Shown: positions 1 to 11,651 of the stretch, piece after piece | How the letters are laid out: every line of letters starts with the position of its first letter | How positions within the stretch are numbered: the first letter of the stretch is position 1 | Origin: Macrostomum lignano | Lineage: Eukaryota | DNA: 64,000 nt | Reading direction: 5' to 3' | Assembly: GCA_002269645.1 (NCBI GenBank) | Contig: NIVC01000278.1 | Location: forward strand, 186,001-250,000 | Program-made: the position numbers and the translations under genes | The notes under the pieces: generated by a model | Database searches by the model: none | Told to the model about the DNA's origin: nothing | Seen by the model: the letters and a program-made list of their open reading frames with translations, nothing else

Positions 1-586
1 CACCGCTACTTATCTGCCTGTTTACTCACTACTCACTGCCTCCACTGTGCTCATCGCCATCACTCACTACGTTGCGTCGCCATTGTATCCTTTGCCTGCC
101 ACTCGACTTCATCATTCTAATCACTTTCAAAACCATTGTTGCAGCCGCCAGTGCCCAGAACACTATAAGTTTTGCATTGACGTAACCAGTCTAATATTGA
201 TCTCGACAATAAATTAGCTACGGCAGTTTCCTGCCCTTATACGCCAAGTGCTCCGCTACACAATCCGCTTTGCAAGAATTGACTTCGATTCATTTTGGGA
301 CTACAACAACTTACGACAATTCTCGTCAACGGCCCTTTTAAGGGTCATTTCCTCTACGCCAATAACGTGACAGAAAAAATTGCAAACTCCACGGCAACAA
401 CATGCAGCAGTTAATTTTTTACAGCATAACCAAATCAGAAATATTTTCAATTCTTCATCATTGCAGACTGCTTATCAAGTGCAGGAGTGCTCTCTCTAGC
501 TACAATGTACATGCGATTACAGTCGCAACAGTTCCAATAATTTATGGTTTTTGTTGCGTTTTATATTCGAATTTTGGGGGCGCCTT

Positions 587-756
587 ATAAGACCTAAATT
601 TCACAACGCCTAAATCACATGACTTCACATCGCCTAAATTTAGGCAAGATGAAGTAGGATGCATTTTTCGTTATAGGCGTTATGAAATTTAAGCGATATG
701 AAATTTAGGCGTTGTGAAGTGTGGTAGTTTTAGGCGTTGTGAAATTTAGGTCTTAT
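587..756. mobile_element. Small foldback/MITE-like element with ~28-bp terminal inverted repeats
   Basis: ataagacctaaatttcacaacgcctaaa (587-614) is the reverse complement of tttaggcgttgtgaaatttaggtcttat (729-756); the interior contains further cgcctaaa/tttaggcg sub-repeats. No clear TSD. Confidence 0.65.
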
Positions 757-1227
757 GAAAGCGTTCCCAAATCTCACTCTCACTGTGTGTGAGTTTTGAA
801 CATGCAACTTTCGAACTCAACTTTGACAAATTATCATTTCAATCAGTTTTTTTAGTTTGTTACACAATAATTTGTTGCTTTTAATTGTTCCAATTTGAAT
901 TCTCGAAAGGTATTAGGAAAAATTTGAGCACGAGCACTAACTTTGACGAGATCAACCGTTTCTAACAGAAAACTACTGATCCTGATAGTCTGCACCGGCA
1001 TTTTCTGCGTAGTCTCGCCCTTCATCATCCTCTTCCTCCAGGTAGTCGAGCACCTGGTCTTCGCTGCAGCAGCTGCTGCCGTCATCTTCGGAGTACGCCG
1101 AGTACAGCGACGCAGACGATGAGGCCGGAGTTGAAGTCGACATCGGCGCAGCGTCGAATGCTCCGGCACTTTCGAAGGCCGACTCCGATACGCCGCCCAT
1201 CAGCGTTGGCGAGTTGCTCCTTGACCT

Positions 1228-2973
1228 CTACAGATCTCCAGCGGAGTAGAAATGTTCGTCATCGTCCGCTCTGGCGGCCAGCTGCTGCTGCTGCTGCAGG
1301 GAGGCAGCCGCTGCTGTCGCGGTAGCGTCACCACTGGACGCTTGAACCTCGTAGTCATCAGACTGGTTGTAGAGAATCTCTGACGGGAGGGATCGATTGA
1401 GTGGTTCCTGCTTGTGAGTCAGGTTGTCTACATTGGTAGTCTGTCCCATCGATAGCCTGTCCCATCGATAGCCTGTCCCATCGATAGCCTGTCCCATCGA
1501 TAGCCTGTCCCATCGATAGCCTGTCCCATCGATAGCCTGTCCCATCGATAGCCTGTCCCATCGATAGCCTGTCCCATCGATAGCCTGTCCTATCGATAGC
1601 CTGTCCCATCGATAGCCTATCCCATCGATAGCCTTTCCCATCGATAGCCTGTCCCATCGATAGCCTGTCCTATCGATAGCCTGTCCCATCGAAGGCAAAT
1701 CACTACCATATTCTCAGTTGGACTGCTCACCGCGATTCCTAGTTGGATCCTCCCTGCCAAGGTCTCCGTGATCGTAGTAGCCCACGCCAGAAGCTGCGCC
1801 CAGATTCTCCACCTCATCTCGGTAGCTCTCGCGTCTCAGCCGTTCGATTCGCTTCTCGACCAGCGGTTCCAGCCGGCTGGGAGCGGCAGCAAAGTCGCCG
1901 AAGCTGCTGAGTTCGTTGTCATCGACTTCGCTGTCGTCGAGCGAGTTCGACGTCTGATCTCTGCTTAGTGGATTTCGGAGAGCGGTTTTGTCTGTTTTGC
2001 TTGCGTGACTTCGAGATTCGCAATAGCGTTTTTTCGCGTTTCTAAAGCCTGTGTCCCAAGTCGCCAACCCTACATCGAAAGTTTGATGTCGAAAAATTAT
2101 TCTAGAGGCAAGTTATTCGGTTTAAAGTGCACGTTGATTGCTTGAAGGTCCGAGCTAACTTGGTGCTGGCGCCCCTTGGTGCTAAAGCCTCTTGGTGCTA
2201 AAGCCCCTTGGTGCTAAATTCCCTTGGTGCTGGCGCCTCTTGGTGCTAAAGCCCCTTGGTGCTGGTGCTAAATACCCTTGGTGCTAAAGCCCCTTGGTGC
2301 TAAATCCCCTTGGTGCTAAAGCCCCTTGGTGCTAAATCCCCTTGGTGCTAAAGCCCCTTGGTGCTAAAGCCCCTTGGTGCTAAAGCCCCTTGGTGCTAAA
2401 GCCCCTTGGTGCTAAAGCCCCTTGGTGCTAAAGCCCCTTGGTGCTAAAACCCCTTGGTGCTAAAGCCCCTTGCTGCTAAAGCCCCTTGGTTCTAAAGCCC
2501 CTTGGTGCAAAACCCCTCACTATCGCCAACACCTGCGCTTCCCTCCCCCAATAAAAAATCCTGCCTAATGCTTGGACAATGCACGTACAATGTACCTGCA
2601 AAATTAAGGCACAGTAGCGTAGTACAACAGCCTCCAAGACTTGATTTTATTTTCGTCAGTCACGCGCACATACTCTGCTTCAGCGATCCGTTCTCAGGTG
2701 CATGAACTGCACGAAAAGACTGCGCAATAGTCAAACACGACACTACAAATGACTCTAAGTACTTCTTTCTTACCGAGTGATATTGGCAAACTCTGCAACA
2801 CTGCCTTCTGCAGACTTCAGCAACTGCCGACCAAGTAGTGCTTTGGCATTGTCGACTGTTTCAGCCTGCAACTGCTGGCAGCTTTCGGCAAATGCCAGCA
2901 ACTCCTCGCGTCTGCTCTCCCGTCGCAGCTCTTCACGTTCGCGAATTCGTTGCACAAGCGCCGAGTTGCCCAT
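1228..2973 (-). CDS. Predicted 3-exon gene of unknown function (~220 aa, acidic/low complexity, MGNS N-terminus)
   Basis: Exons 2973-2774, 2041-1731, 1379-1228 join in frame through GT-AG introns (cg|gtaaga ... ctttag|a; g|gtgagc ... ccgtcag|ag). No recognisable domain; start codon uncertain. Confidence 0.5.
1441..1692. repeat. 16-bp minisatellite (ctgtcccatcgatagc), 15 full copies plus a partial, intronic
   Basis: Direct reading; it produces the GQAIDGTGYRWDRLSM pseudo-ORFs. Confidence 0.95.
2160..2510. repeat. 16-bp minisatellite (ttggtgctaaagcccc / ttggtgctggcgcccc); same family as 55817-56289
   Basis: Direct reading; the reverse complement matches the 55.8-56.3 kb array. Confidence 0.95.
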
Positions 2974-3506
2974 CTCGATTTCAGACGCGCCTGCGGAGCC
3001 GTTTGACTTTCTCTTATACGGCAACCTGCTTGATCCAATGTATTTTTATAGGGCTTATATGGGGCAGAAAAGCCATAAGGGTGTGAAGCTGGATTGGAAC
3101 TGGCTTGTTTACTTCATGGCTGGCTGGCAGAAGTCACGCGCGCACCTGTGTGTGCATGCGCAGCGCCTTTCACTTTTCCGGTCGAGTTTTAGCAGCGAAA
3201 CAGCGCGTGTTTTTCTCTTTAATCAAAAAGTACAACGGTTTTAAATGAAAAAGAGCCTTGGATTTGCCTAGCAAATAAACAAATTCAGACATTGAAAAAC
3301 TGATGGCATCAGCAAAATTTTTCTTCAACGTCAAACCAGCTGACTTTTGCTAATTTTCTTTAGATTTTGAACTAAAAGCAAGCAAATGCACTTCCAAGTT
3401 TGTAGCCAACTTTAACAAACCCTTAACCTCCTAGTAACAATTAAATCGACATATTTCCTCTCCAGTTTACAAGGAGTATCCAGTACATCTGTCAACCTAC
3501 TAGCCG

Positions 3507-6500
3507 TCATCTTCGCAGCATGGCTTCCACAATGCTCAGGTAGTCTCCTCGAACCCACAAAGTATCCCAGTCGAAAAATTTGCTCAGATTCAGCCGTTGC
3601 CGTGTGGTCGCCGACAGCAGAGTGTAGTTTCTCCTCGCGAAGAACTCAACAATCGAGCGGTAGTTCGGACTCTCAGACGCCGGAATTGAATGACTCGCCC
3701 GCCACCACTCCATCTGCACTACCACAATGCGATGCTCACTGAAGAGTCGCTGGCCCGTACTCAGGAAGATGTTCTCGCTGGTCTCAATGTCAATCTTTGC
3801 CACAACCAGGTCTGTTGAAATCAGCGGCAGGAGGTCGTCTCCGGTGGCTGTCATCACGGGCACGGTGTCGGTGGCCCAGAAGCCGCCTTCCGCATCTAAC
3901 TTATTCTCGGCGCCGGCTCCTCCTACGTTGCAGAACTTTGTAGAGAATTGCAGGTAGCGCAGACCGACCCGGTCGGAGAAGTAGGCCCACACGAGGGCCA
4001 GTTGAGGATCGGGTGAGGGCAACCGCATGGCCGAAGCTGCCAGACGAATCCGAGCCAGGTTGCGCAAATTCGCGTCCACCGCCACCGTGGTCAGACCGGC
4101 GTCACGTGCAGACAGGCTGTACACTCCAATGTTGCTCCCCACGTCCAGGAAGGAGACGGTGCGGCCTTTTCCTTTCAAATTGAGGCTGATGTGGATCAAC
4201 TGATGGACAAGGACCGGCTCCCAGGTGTGTCGTCTGGTAATCGTTTGGGAGATAAAGTCGTTTTTGTAGCCGTAAATTGGTATCAAACGATTCGTAGCTC
4301 TGTTATGAAGCTTCAATTGAACTGCTAGTTTGGATACTTCCTGCAATTTTAAGCGAGTTTTAATGCTTGCATGTAGTTATAAGATACTAAACCTATCACT
4401 TCTAGTGCTGCTTAGTGAAAAGTCATGTCTGCAGAGCAGATCGGTGGTAAAAGTGCCGCGAGTGATTCCGTGAGCGTTGACATTAATTTTGGAGCTTTGT
4501 GCACTGAAATTGGCCAGTGATCGAGTGGTTGTGCTCAGGACAGAATTGCCGTCAGTGCTGGTTGTGGAGGATTTGTTTTAATTCGGATATCCTCTTCAAA
4601 GGCTTTCCGTACGCGATGCTTTATGACCAACGACTACTCAAGTAACATATATATAGGACGCTACACTCGAACTCTATGGTAAATGTTTTGAAGGCAACTT
4701 TTCGCCGAAAAAGACTACAGAAATAGGAGGTTTTAATTTTTTCAGCACTAAAATTGTTATTGTTCCCTTTTGTCTATGGTTTCCGGCATTCATACTTGCG
4801 GTAACAATTTAATTGTTTGTCGGCTTTTTTCGATTGTTGCCGGATTTCAGACGAATGTATTTGGCTATCAAAACAAGGAACAACAATAGCAACACGGCGA
4901 AAGTGTTTCATAGTCACAAAAAGTTCTTAAGAACAAACCGATCGAATCAATTGTTTTACTTTCCGTAAAAGTTGAATGTGCAGTTGTGGAACTGACCACC
5001 ACAGAGGCTTCTCGGCAGGTCTTGGCCGCCCTCGGGTGCTTTCATCAGCTCGCCTCTATCAGACCCAGTTGTCACACTTTCGATGGTGGATTCCGCATCG
5101 TCGTCAATCTTGGTGACTTTGGACCCATAGGCAGCCAGACAAGCGCTCATTCGGGCCCTTGAACTGTCGGAACCTTGCCACGTGAAGCTTCCGTTGCGTC
5201 TCGGTCGATTTCGGCACTGAGTCACTCTCAAGTCGGTCCAACATTTCCAGATCTTCGCTACCTAGCTCAGGCAGCCCGTTGGAACTGGACGACGCATCCA
5301 GGTTGTCCATCTCCAGAACGTAGCGCGTGCTCGACTCTCGGGTGACAAAAGCCAACTCGTCCGTGGAGAGTCCACATATTTCTCCGCCAGGAATGTTTGC
5401 GTAGCGAATCATAGCTACTTTTCCTATTTGCACTCCGAATAGGAGAATTAATTCAAGCTCAAAATCAACTTGAGAATTAACTCATGGCAGCCAGGCTAGC
5501 TGTCTTCACTGTCCTTTAAATTTGCCATAAACGATTAATTATCTCTACAACCCTTTCATTTAGAGAGCAACTAAATTTGCCATAGACGATTGATTATCTC
5601 TACAACCCTTTCAAAGCGCATTCCGGCAACAATCGCATTTCATACTCAGCATCCGCACTATGTCTGGGCCATAGACAAGGGAAGTCAAAAGGGTACAATA
5701 ATGACATGTACCGATTTTTTTCGGCAGCAATTGCGTAAGCTGAAGCCGCTACGCCGTTACATTGCTTTTGATAGGAGGCAGATCCAGTGTTCATCTTTTG
5801 ATTTGTTGTGCCTTTCTTATTGCTCTATCGATATTCATAAAGCTTTTCGTTCAGAAACAGTTTTAAAGGCAGGTTTCACCAGAAAAATACACTACGGAGA
5901 TAGGAAATTTCACGATTTTCAACACTAAAACAGTGATTGGGTCTCTTAACAGTGTCAGAGAAAGTTCTAATCACATTATTTTTGTGCCTCAAATGCTGCT
6001 CTAACGACGCATTAAACGATTTTTCATGTTAAATTGGTCTGTCACTTGAAAAAATGTTTAAAGTTAATGACAAGACCAATTTAACACGAAGAATCGGTTA
6101 ATGCGTCGTTAGAGCAGCCTGTGAGACACAAAATAGTGTGATTAGAACTTTCTCTGACACTGTTAAGAGACCAAATCACTATTTTAGTGTTGAAAATCGT
6201 GAAATTTTGAGCTTTGTGTCTTATTGTATAAAAAAATCAATTCGACAAATCGAACCTTCATCACCGCTGTCGGCAAACTGTCAACCAGTCGGCACAACGG
6301 GAATCGCCCCCGACGGATATTGTAGGCTGGGAAGTTTTCAGCGGCGTCAACTTTTCGACACAGATTCCAGCGCAGAGAGTCGTCTTCGAGGAAGTTCAGC
6401 GTCGATAGCTCCTGGTGGTAGTCGCAGCTGGGAGGTCTGACTGGTCTTAGAGGTTTCACGGTAGGAACAGGAACAGTAGTGGTGCGGAAATTTCTCATTG

Positions 6501-6666
6501 CTGTCGTCATCCTTGACTGAGTTGTTGTTTGATTATTTGCTAAGCATGCTCTCTGTTGATAATTTTGGTTCTTTCTGACCGTAGAAACGATGCAAATGGT
6601 CGATATGCTGACAATCAGGGCTAAAAAGGCCAGTTTGATTTGGGCAACCAAATTTTGGCGCACCAT
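3507..6666 (-). CDS. FkbM-family (Methyltransf_21-like) SAM-dependent methyltransferase with N-terminal signal anchor, 2 exons (6666-6256, 4340-3507), ~414 aa
   Basis: Exon 2 has motif I FLDVGSNIGVYSL, AVDAN and VAKIDIETSE typical of FkbM enzymes. Exon 1 has a hydrophobic stretch (LAFLALIVSISTICIV) and a T/P-rich stem. Phase-0 join aag|gttcga ... ttgcag|gaa is in frame. The exon pairing is inferred. Confidence 0.75.
4763..5760 (-). mobile_element. Internally deleted Crypton-like (tyrosine recombinase/DUF3504) non-autonomous element
   Basis: ORF pieces MLDRLESDSVPKSTETQRKLHVARFRQF and RARMSACL...FHNCTFNF resemble the N- and C-terminal parts of DUF3504 proteins, without the catalytic core. Nested inverted repeats 4765-4779/5669-5681 and 4831-4844/5622-5635. 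It interrupts a repeat seen uninterrupted at 28.4-28.56 kb. Confidence 0.5.
5761..5930. repeat. Dispersed AT-rich repeat family member (other parts at 4686-4762; contiguous copy at 28385-28563)
   Basis: ataggaggcagatccagtgttcatcttttgat..tgttgtgccttt..attgctctatcgatatt..aaagcttttcgttcagaaa is shared with 28477-28563; tacactacgga.atag is shared with 28416-28430. Confidence 0.8.
5905..6207. repeat. ~300-bp near-perfect palindrome (foldback element)
   Basis: aaatttcacgattttcaacactaaaa...tctcttaacagtgtcagagaaagttctaatcac is mirrored by gtgattagaactttctctgacactgttaagaga...ttttagtgttgaaaatcgtgaaattt; arms ~140 bp. Confidence 0.9.
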
Positions 6667-6986
6667 TTCATGGAGAAATGATAAAAACTACAGGTTACCT
6701 CCGGTATGCACCTAGCAGTTTATCAGAGTAGACTTGAATGCGTCTTTATATGAACCTTAATGGAACGAACAGGTGCATAAATTGTGGGCTAGAATTGACT
6801 GGCAGCCAGCGATTCAGCTGGGCTCTGAAAAAAATTTGAGCAGATCGGCATTTCCACAGCTTTCTAGATTGCAATTATGACGAAAATAACAGAGACTCAT
6901 TTTTAGCATTGAACTGATAGCAGCAGAAGACAACAACTTTTAACAAAAACACAGTCGCTATTATTTTGTTTACTGTTCACATTATG

Positions 6987-7562
6987 CAGGGTTTTTTATC
7001 GCCATGGATTTCATGGTTGAGGAGGGGACTCGAAGCCAAGAATTGACTAAATTCCTGCATTAGTTTGAGAATCGGTGTTGTCAGCACTCATTTTGGGGCC
7101 GCAGGCACTCATTTTGGCGCCGCAGGCACTCATTTTAGCGCCGCAGGCACTCATTTTAGCACCGCAGGCACTCATTTTAGCGCCGCAGGCACTCATTTTA
7201 GCGCTGCAGGCACTCATTTTAACGCAGCAGGCACTCATTTTGGCGCCGCAGGCACTCATTTTGGCGCCGCAGGCACTCATTTTAGCGCCGCAGGCACTCA
7301 TTTTGACGCCGCAGGCACTCATTTTGGCGCCGCAGGCACTCATTTTGGCGCCGCAGGCACTCATTTTAGCGCCGCAGGCACTCATTTTGGCGCCGCAGGC
7401 ACTCATTTTGGCGCCGCAGGCACTCATTTTAGCGCCGCAGGCACTCATTTTAGCGCTGCAGGCACTCATTTTGGCGCCGCAGGCACTCATTTTGGCGCCG
7501 CAGGCACTCATTTTAGCGCCGCAGGCACTCATTTTAGCGCCGCAGGCACTCATTTTGGCGCT
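6987..7562. mobile_element. Degenerate, truncated copy of the hAT MITE at 24633-25325, including its 21-bp minisatellite (7087-7562, gcaggcactcattttggcgcc)
   Basis: tcgccatggatttcatggttgaggaggggactcgaagccaagaatt resembles the reverse complement of 25277-25318; the repeat unit is the reverse complement of the 24.77-25.2 kb array. Confidence 0.75.
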
Positions 7563-7947
7563 GGCAGACAGGTGCAAAAACAGACTGACACAGAGACACA
7601 CACTTGGACAGAATATTAAGATATTATATAAGGGCAATTAACAGATTAATAAATTTGTTATTCCAGCGTTTTCCGAAATAAAACCGGAATCTGCCAGTAA
7701 GCATGCAGTGTCAGGTAAATTTACTCCGTGCAGTGAGCGACATTGACAAAAAATGTTGCTGAGTAAAATTTTACCAAATTTCCTGGGAATTCTCTGACTT
7801 TTCTCGCTTAAGTGGGCCAGCTGGACAAATACAACACTTTCTGACTATAGTTGTTTCTTGTTAATCTGCTATAATTGCTGCACGGCTCAAATTAAGTGAA
7901 AACTGTTGCTGGCTAATTGTCGCCCTTAATAATTATTTTGTCTTGAG

Positions 7948-8030
7948 CGGGGGTCCGCAAGCTCCGGCCCGCGGGCCACATGCGGCCTGCAAAGCCTCTC
8001 TATCCAGGCCTCCGGTCCTTTTGAAGCTGC
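7948..8030 (+). mobile_element. Isolated hAT-Charlie-type terminal fragment
   Basis: cgggggtccgcaagctccggcccgcgggccacatgcggcc resembles the recurrent CAGGGGT..CAAACT..GGCCCGCGGGCC..ATGCGGCC end of Charlie-like elements; no partner end found. Confidence 0.45.
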
Positions 8031-8059
8031 ACAATGGCAATCCGTCCCGCTTAAGGTTT

Positions 8060-9280
8060 GTGTCTCTTCTCAGCTCTCTTCTCTCTCATCTCCCCTTCTA
8101 CCTTTTATCTCATGTCGCTTATCTCCCCTCCCCTCTTCCTCTTCTCTTTCCTTTTCTCTCCCCTTCTCTCCCTTCTCTCCTCCTCTCCCTTCTCTCCTCT
8201 TCTCTCCCTTTCTCTCCTCTTCTTTCCCTTTCTCTCCTCTTCTCTCCCTTCTCTCCTCCTCTCTCTTCTCCCCTCTTCTCTCCCTTCTCTCCCTTCTCTC
8301 CCGTATCTCCTCTTCCCTCCCTTTCTCTCCTCTTCTCTCTCTTTCTCTCCTCTTCTCTCCCTTCTCTCCTCTTCTCTCATTTCTCTCCTCTTCTTTCCCT
8401 TCTCTCCTCTTCTCTTCCTTCTCTCCTCTTCTATCCTTTCTCTCCTCTTCTCTCCCTTATCTCCTCTTCTCTCCCTTATCTCCTCTTCTCTCCCTTTCTC
8501 TCCTCTTCTCTCTCTTTCTCTCCTCTTCTCTCCTTTTCTCTCCTCTTCTCTCTCTTTCTCTCCTCGTCTCTCCTTTTCTCTTCTCTCCCTTCTATCCTTT
8601 TCTCTTCCTTCTCTCGTCTTCTCTCACTTCTCTCCTCTCCTCTCTTCTCTCTCATCTCCTCTTCTTCCTTCTTTTATCTCATGTCGCTCATCTCCTCTCC
8701 TCCCCTCTCCTCTTCCTCTCTTCTCTTTTCTTTTCTCTCCCCTCCTCTCCCTTTTCTGCTCTTCTCTCTCTTTCTCTCCTCTTCTCTCCCCTTCTCTTCT
8801 CTCCCTTTTCTCCTCTTCTCTCCCTTCTCTCCTCTTCTCTCCCTTCTCTCCTCTCTTTTATCTCCTCCTTTCTCCCTTCTCTCCTTTTCTCTTCCTTCTC
8901 TCCTCCTTTCTCCCTTCTCTCCTTTTCTCTTCTTCTCTCCTCCTTTCTCCCTTCTCTCCTTTTCTCTTCCTTCTCTCCTCCTTTCTCCCTTCTCTCCTTT
9001 TCTCTCCCCTCCTCTCAATTTTCTGCTCTTCTCTCTCTTTCTCTCCTATTCTCTCTCTTTCTCTCCTCTTCTCTCCCCTTCTCCCCTTCTCTTCTCGTCT
9101 CCCCTCTCCTCTTCCTCTCTTCTCATTCCTTTTCTCTCCTCTTCTCTCCCTTTCTCTCCTCTTCTTTCCTATCTTCTCTTCCTTACTCAATTTCATCCCT
9201 CCTCTCCTTTCCTCTCCGCTCTTTATTTTTTCTCTCATCTCTCCTATCTCTATTCCCTCCTCACTCCCCTTCTCCGGCTC
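8060..9280. repeat. CT-rich (polypyrimidine) low-complexity tract
   Basis: Degenerate (ctctc/ttctc)n; source of the 527-aa and 423-aa S/L/P/F pseudo-ORFs. Confidence 0.95.
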
Positions 9281-9556
9281 GCAATTTACGGTTCGTTTTT
9301 GTTTTTCTGCTTTTTTGTCCCCCCCTTGAACCGTGCGCAGTTTATGTCAGTGCAACATTCGTGTAGAGGCTCTCGAGAATTCAAATTTGTTCAAACCGTA
9401 TCGAGTACGTATACAAATAAGACCGAACCAGCAGCTCTTTCTTATCAGATCTCGAGCGAGAGAAATTTTGTTGTGAGAAATATTTTTTTAAGTAATTTAA
9501 CTAAAGAGTTTTATGCTGAGCGATAGCACAAGCTGCTCATATACTGCTCATAGGCC

Positions 9557-10051
9557 ATGGCCTCACCCCAGCAGCCCACCGTGTTTCTACTCGCCTACGA
9601 CAACAGTGAGAACAGCCAGGCGGCTCTGAGCTGGTTCGCCAGACTCAATGCTGAAAGAGACACTCGACACCAGCTGGTGATCTTTTATTCAGTTGAAGCC
9701 CCGCCGCTGCCTCGCGGCAACACGACCTTGAAGATGTCCAAGACAGAGCTGTACACCCAGCTGATGCAAGAATCGTCAGCCCAGATCGACAGGGTGCGCA
9801 AACGCTGTTTGGCACTCTGCCAACAGTTGGGCTTGCCAGCAGACTCCGTTAAGTTCATTGACAAGTACGAAGCCGAACCGGGCAAGGCGATTGTTGCCAT
9901 GGCAACAGAACTAGACGCTGCCGCCATTCTAATGGGCACTCGCGGATTGAAACGACTTCAACGAACCATGCTCGGCAGCGTATCGGACTATGTTGTTCAC
10001 CATGCGCACCGGCCAGTGATTGTGGTGCCGCTCACCCACACAAATGGATAG
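9557..10051 (+). CDS. Universal stress protein A (Usp domain), intronless, 164 aa
   Basis: N-terminal FLLAYDNSENSQAALSW and C-terminal MGTRGLKRLQRTMLGSVSDYVVHHAHRPVIVVP with the G-2X-G-9X-GS ATP-binding motif; gccATGg context. Confidence 0.92.
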   Translation: MASPQQPTVFLLAYDNSENSQAALSWFARLNAERDTRHQLVIFYSVEAPPLPRGNTTLKMSKTELYTQLMQESSAQIDRVRKRCLALCQQLGLPADSVKFIDKYEAEPGKAIVAMATELDAAAILMGTRGLKRLQRTMLGSVSDYVVHHAHRPVIVVPLTHTNG

Positions 10052-10462
10052 AAATGGAAACTCATTTAAACTACTAGTAGTAGCTTACAAGCTATATGAA
10101 TTTGATTTAAGATATCGAATGGCAGCAAAGTTGCGCACATCTTTCAACAGGCAAATACTAATTAACACCGTTTATTTATTACAGACACTTAGTAACTGAT
10201 TTACATTAGCGTTAAACTGAATAAATATTTGACGGACAGTATTTGATCACATATTATAGACATTGACTTCCTTTCTCAGGGATTCAATTCGGTTATATTC
10301 AAGTATTTTTCAGGATAATCGTTATGTTAATTTTTATGTAGCTACATGTACTTTTATAAATCCATAACAAGTCCATGTTTAATCTTCTACATATATATAT
10401 ATATACCTGCTCAGATCAATACATTGTATCTATATTGGGGCAATTCTGTCTGAAACAATGAT

Positions 10463-10998
10463 AAATGGCTATGAATGTTTATGAATATTTATGAATATTT
10501 ATGAATATTTATGAATGGTTATGAATGGTTATGAATGGCTATGAATGGTTATGAATGGCTATAAATGGCTATGAATGGTTATGAATGGCTATGAATATTT
10601 ATGAATATTTATGAATGGTTATGAATGGTTATGAATGGTTATGAATGGTTATGAATGGTTATGAATGGCTATAAATGGCTATGAATGGTTATGAATGGCT
10701 ATGAATGGTTATGAATGGCTATGAATGGCTATGAATGGCTATGAATGGCTATGAATGGCTATGAATGGCTATGAATGGCTATGAATGGCTATGAATGGTT
10801 ATGAATGGCTATGAATGGTTATGAATGGTTATGAATGGCTATGAATGGCTATGAATGGCTATGAATGGTTATGAATGGCTATGAATGATTATGAATGGTT
10901 ATGAATGGCTATGAATGGCTATGAATGATTATGAATGGTTATGAATGGCTATGAATGGTTATGAATGGCTATGAATGATTATGAATGGCTATGAATGA
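10463..10998. repeat. 10-bp tandem repeat atgaatgg(c/t)t
   Basis: Direct reading. Confidence 0.95.
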
Positions 10999-11651
10999 AA
11001 CGGAAGTGTCCTGATTTCTGAGAACAACTTTGACGGATTCCCGAGTCTGTTGATAAGCTTGTAACAGTAAGGCATGGATTTAATAGAAATAGGTTCTTCA
11101 CATGATTATAGTGGATATCTGCTAAAATACGATCTGTATACTGCAATCTACGGCCACAAACGTCGTTCACGGAGCTCCTGGCCATAGACATTCAAGACGG
11201 ACATCAATTGCTGGTCATTATCGGTCGACCCGCAAAAATCACACGAGTCATGCTCAGTAGGTCATAGACAATTGGGGTCATGCTCAATAGGTCATAGGAG
11301 ATGTAGTACATGTAGCTCATAGACAAGCATGATCATAACTCGCACATGTAGGGTAGCTGTGAAGAATCGGTCATAAACAGTACATGAATTCATCGAGCAA
11401 ATTAACAATAGCATGAAACCTACGAACCCCATCTCACCTTCTATTTTACGCCCTTTCCCCTGATCTTACCCTCACCACAATCTCACCCAAGTTTCACCAG
11501 AATCTCACAAAGATGGGGGCAAAGCGACATGACATATGCATGAATTATTAATTCTCCGATATACGCCTGCATGCAGCCTACCAGAAAATTATGATAACTT
11601 TGCTGGATATGAAAGGGTAGAGAGAGAAGAGTAAAGAAGACTGTCATATCA

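Noticed and set aside
1228-2067. One long frame with an in-frame TGA at 1714 and a frame-preserving 240-bp repeat (readthrough or recoding)
   Set aside because: A canonical gtgagc...ccgtcag intron (1730-1380) removes both the TGA and the array, so no recoding is needed.
9557-10051. Bacterial contamination or recent HGT of the Usp (and FkbM) genes
   Set aside because: Both are embedded in eukaryotic repeats, FkbM has a predicted intron and signal anchor, and both families are known in invertebrates.
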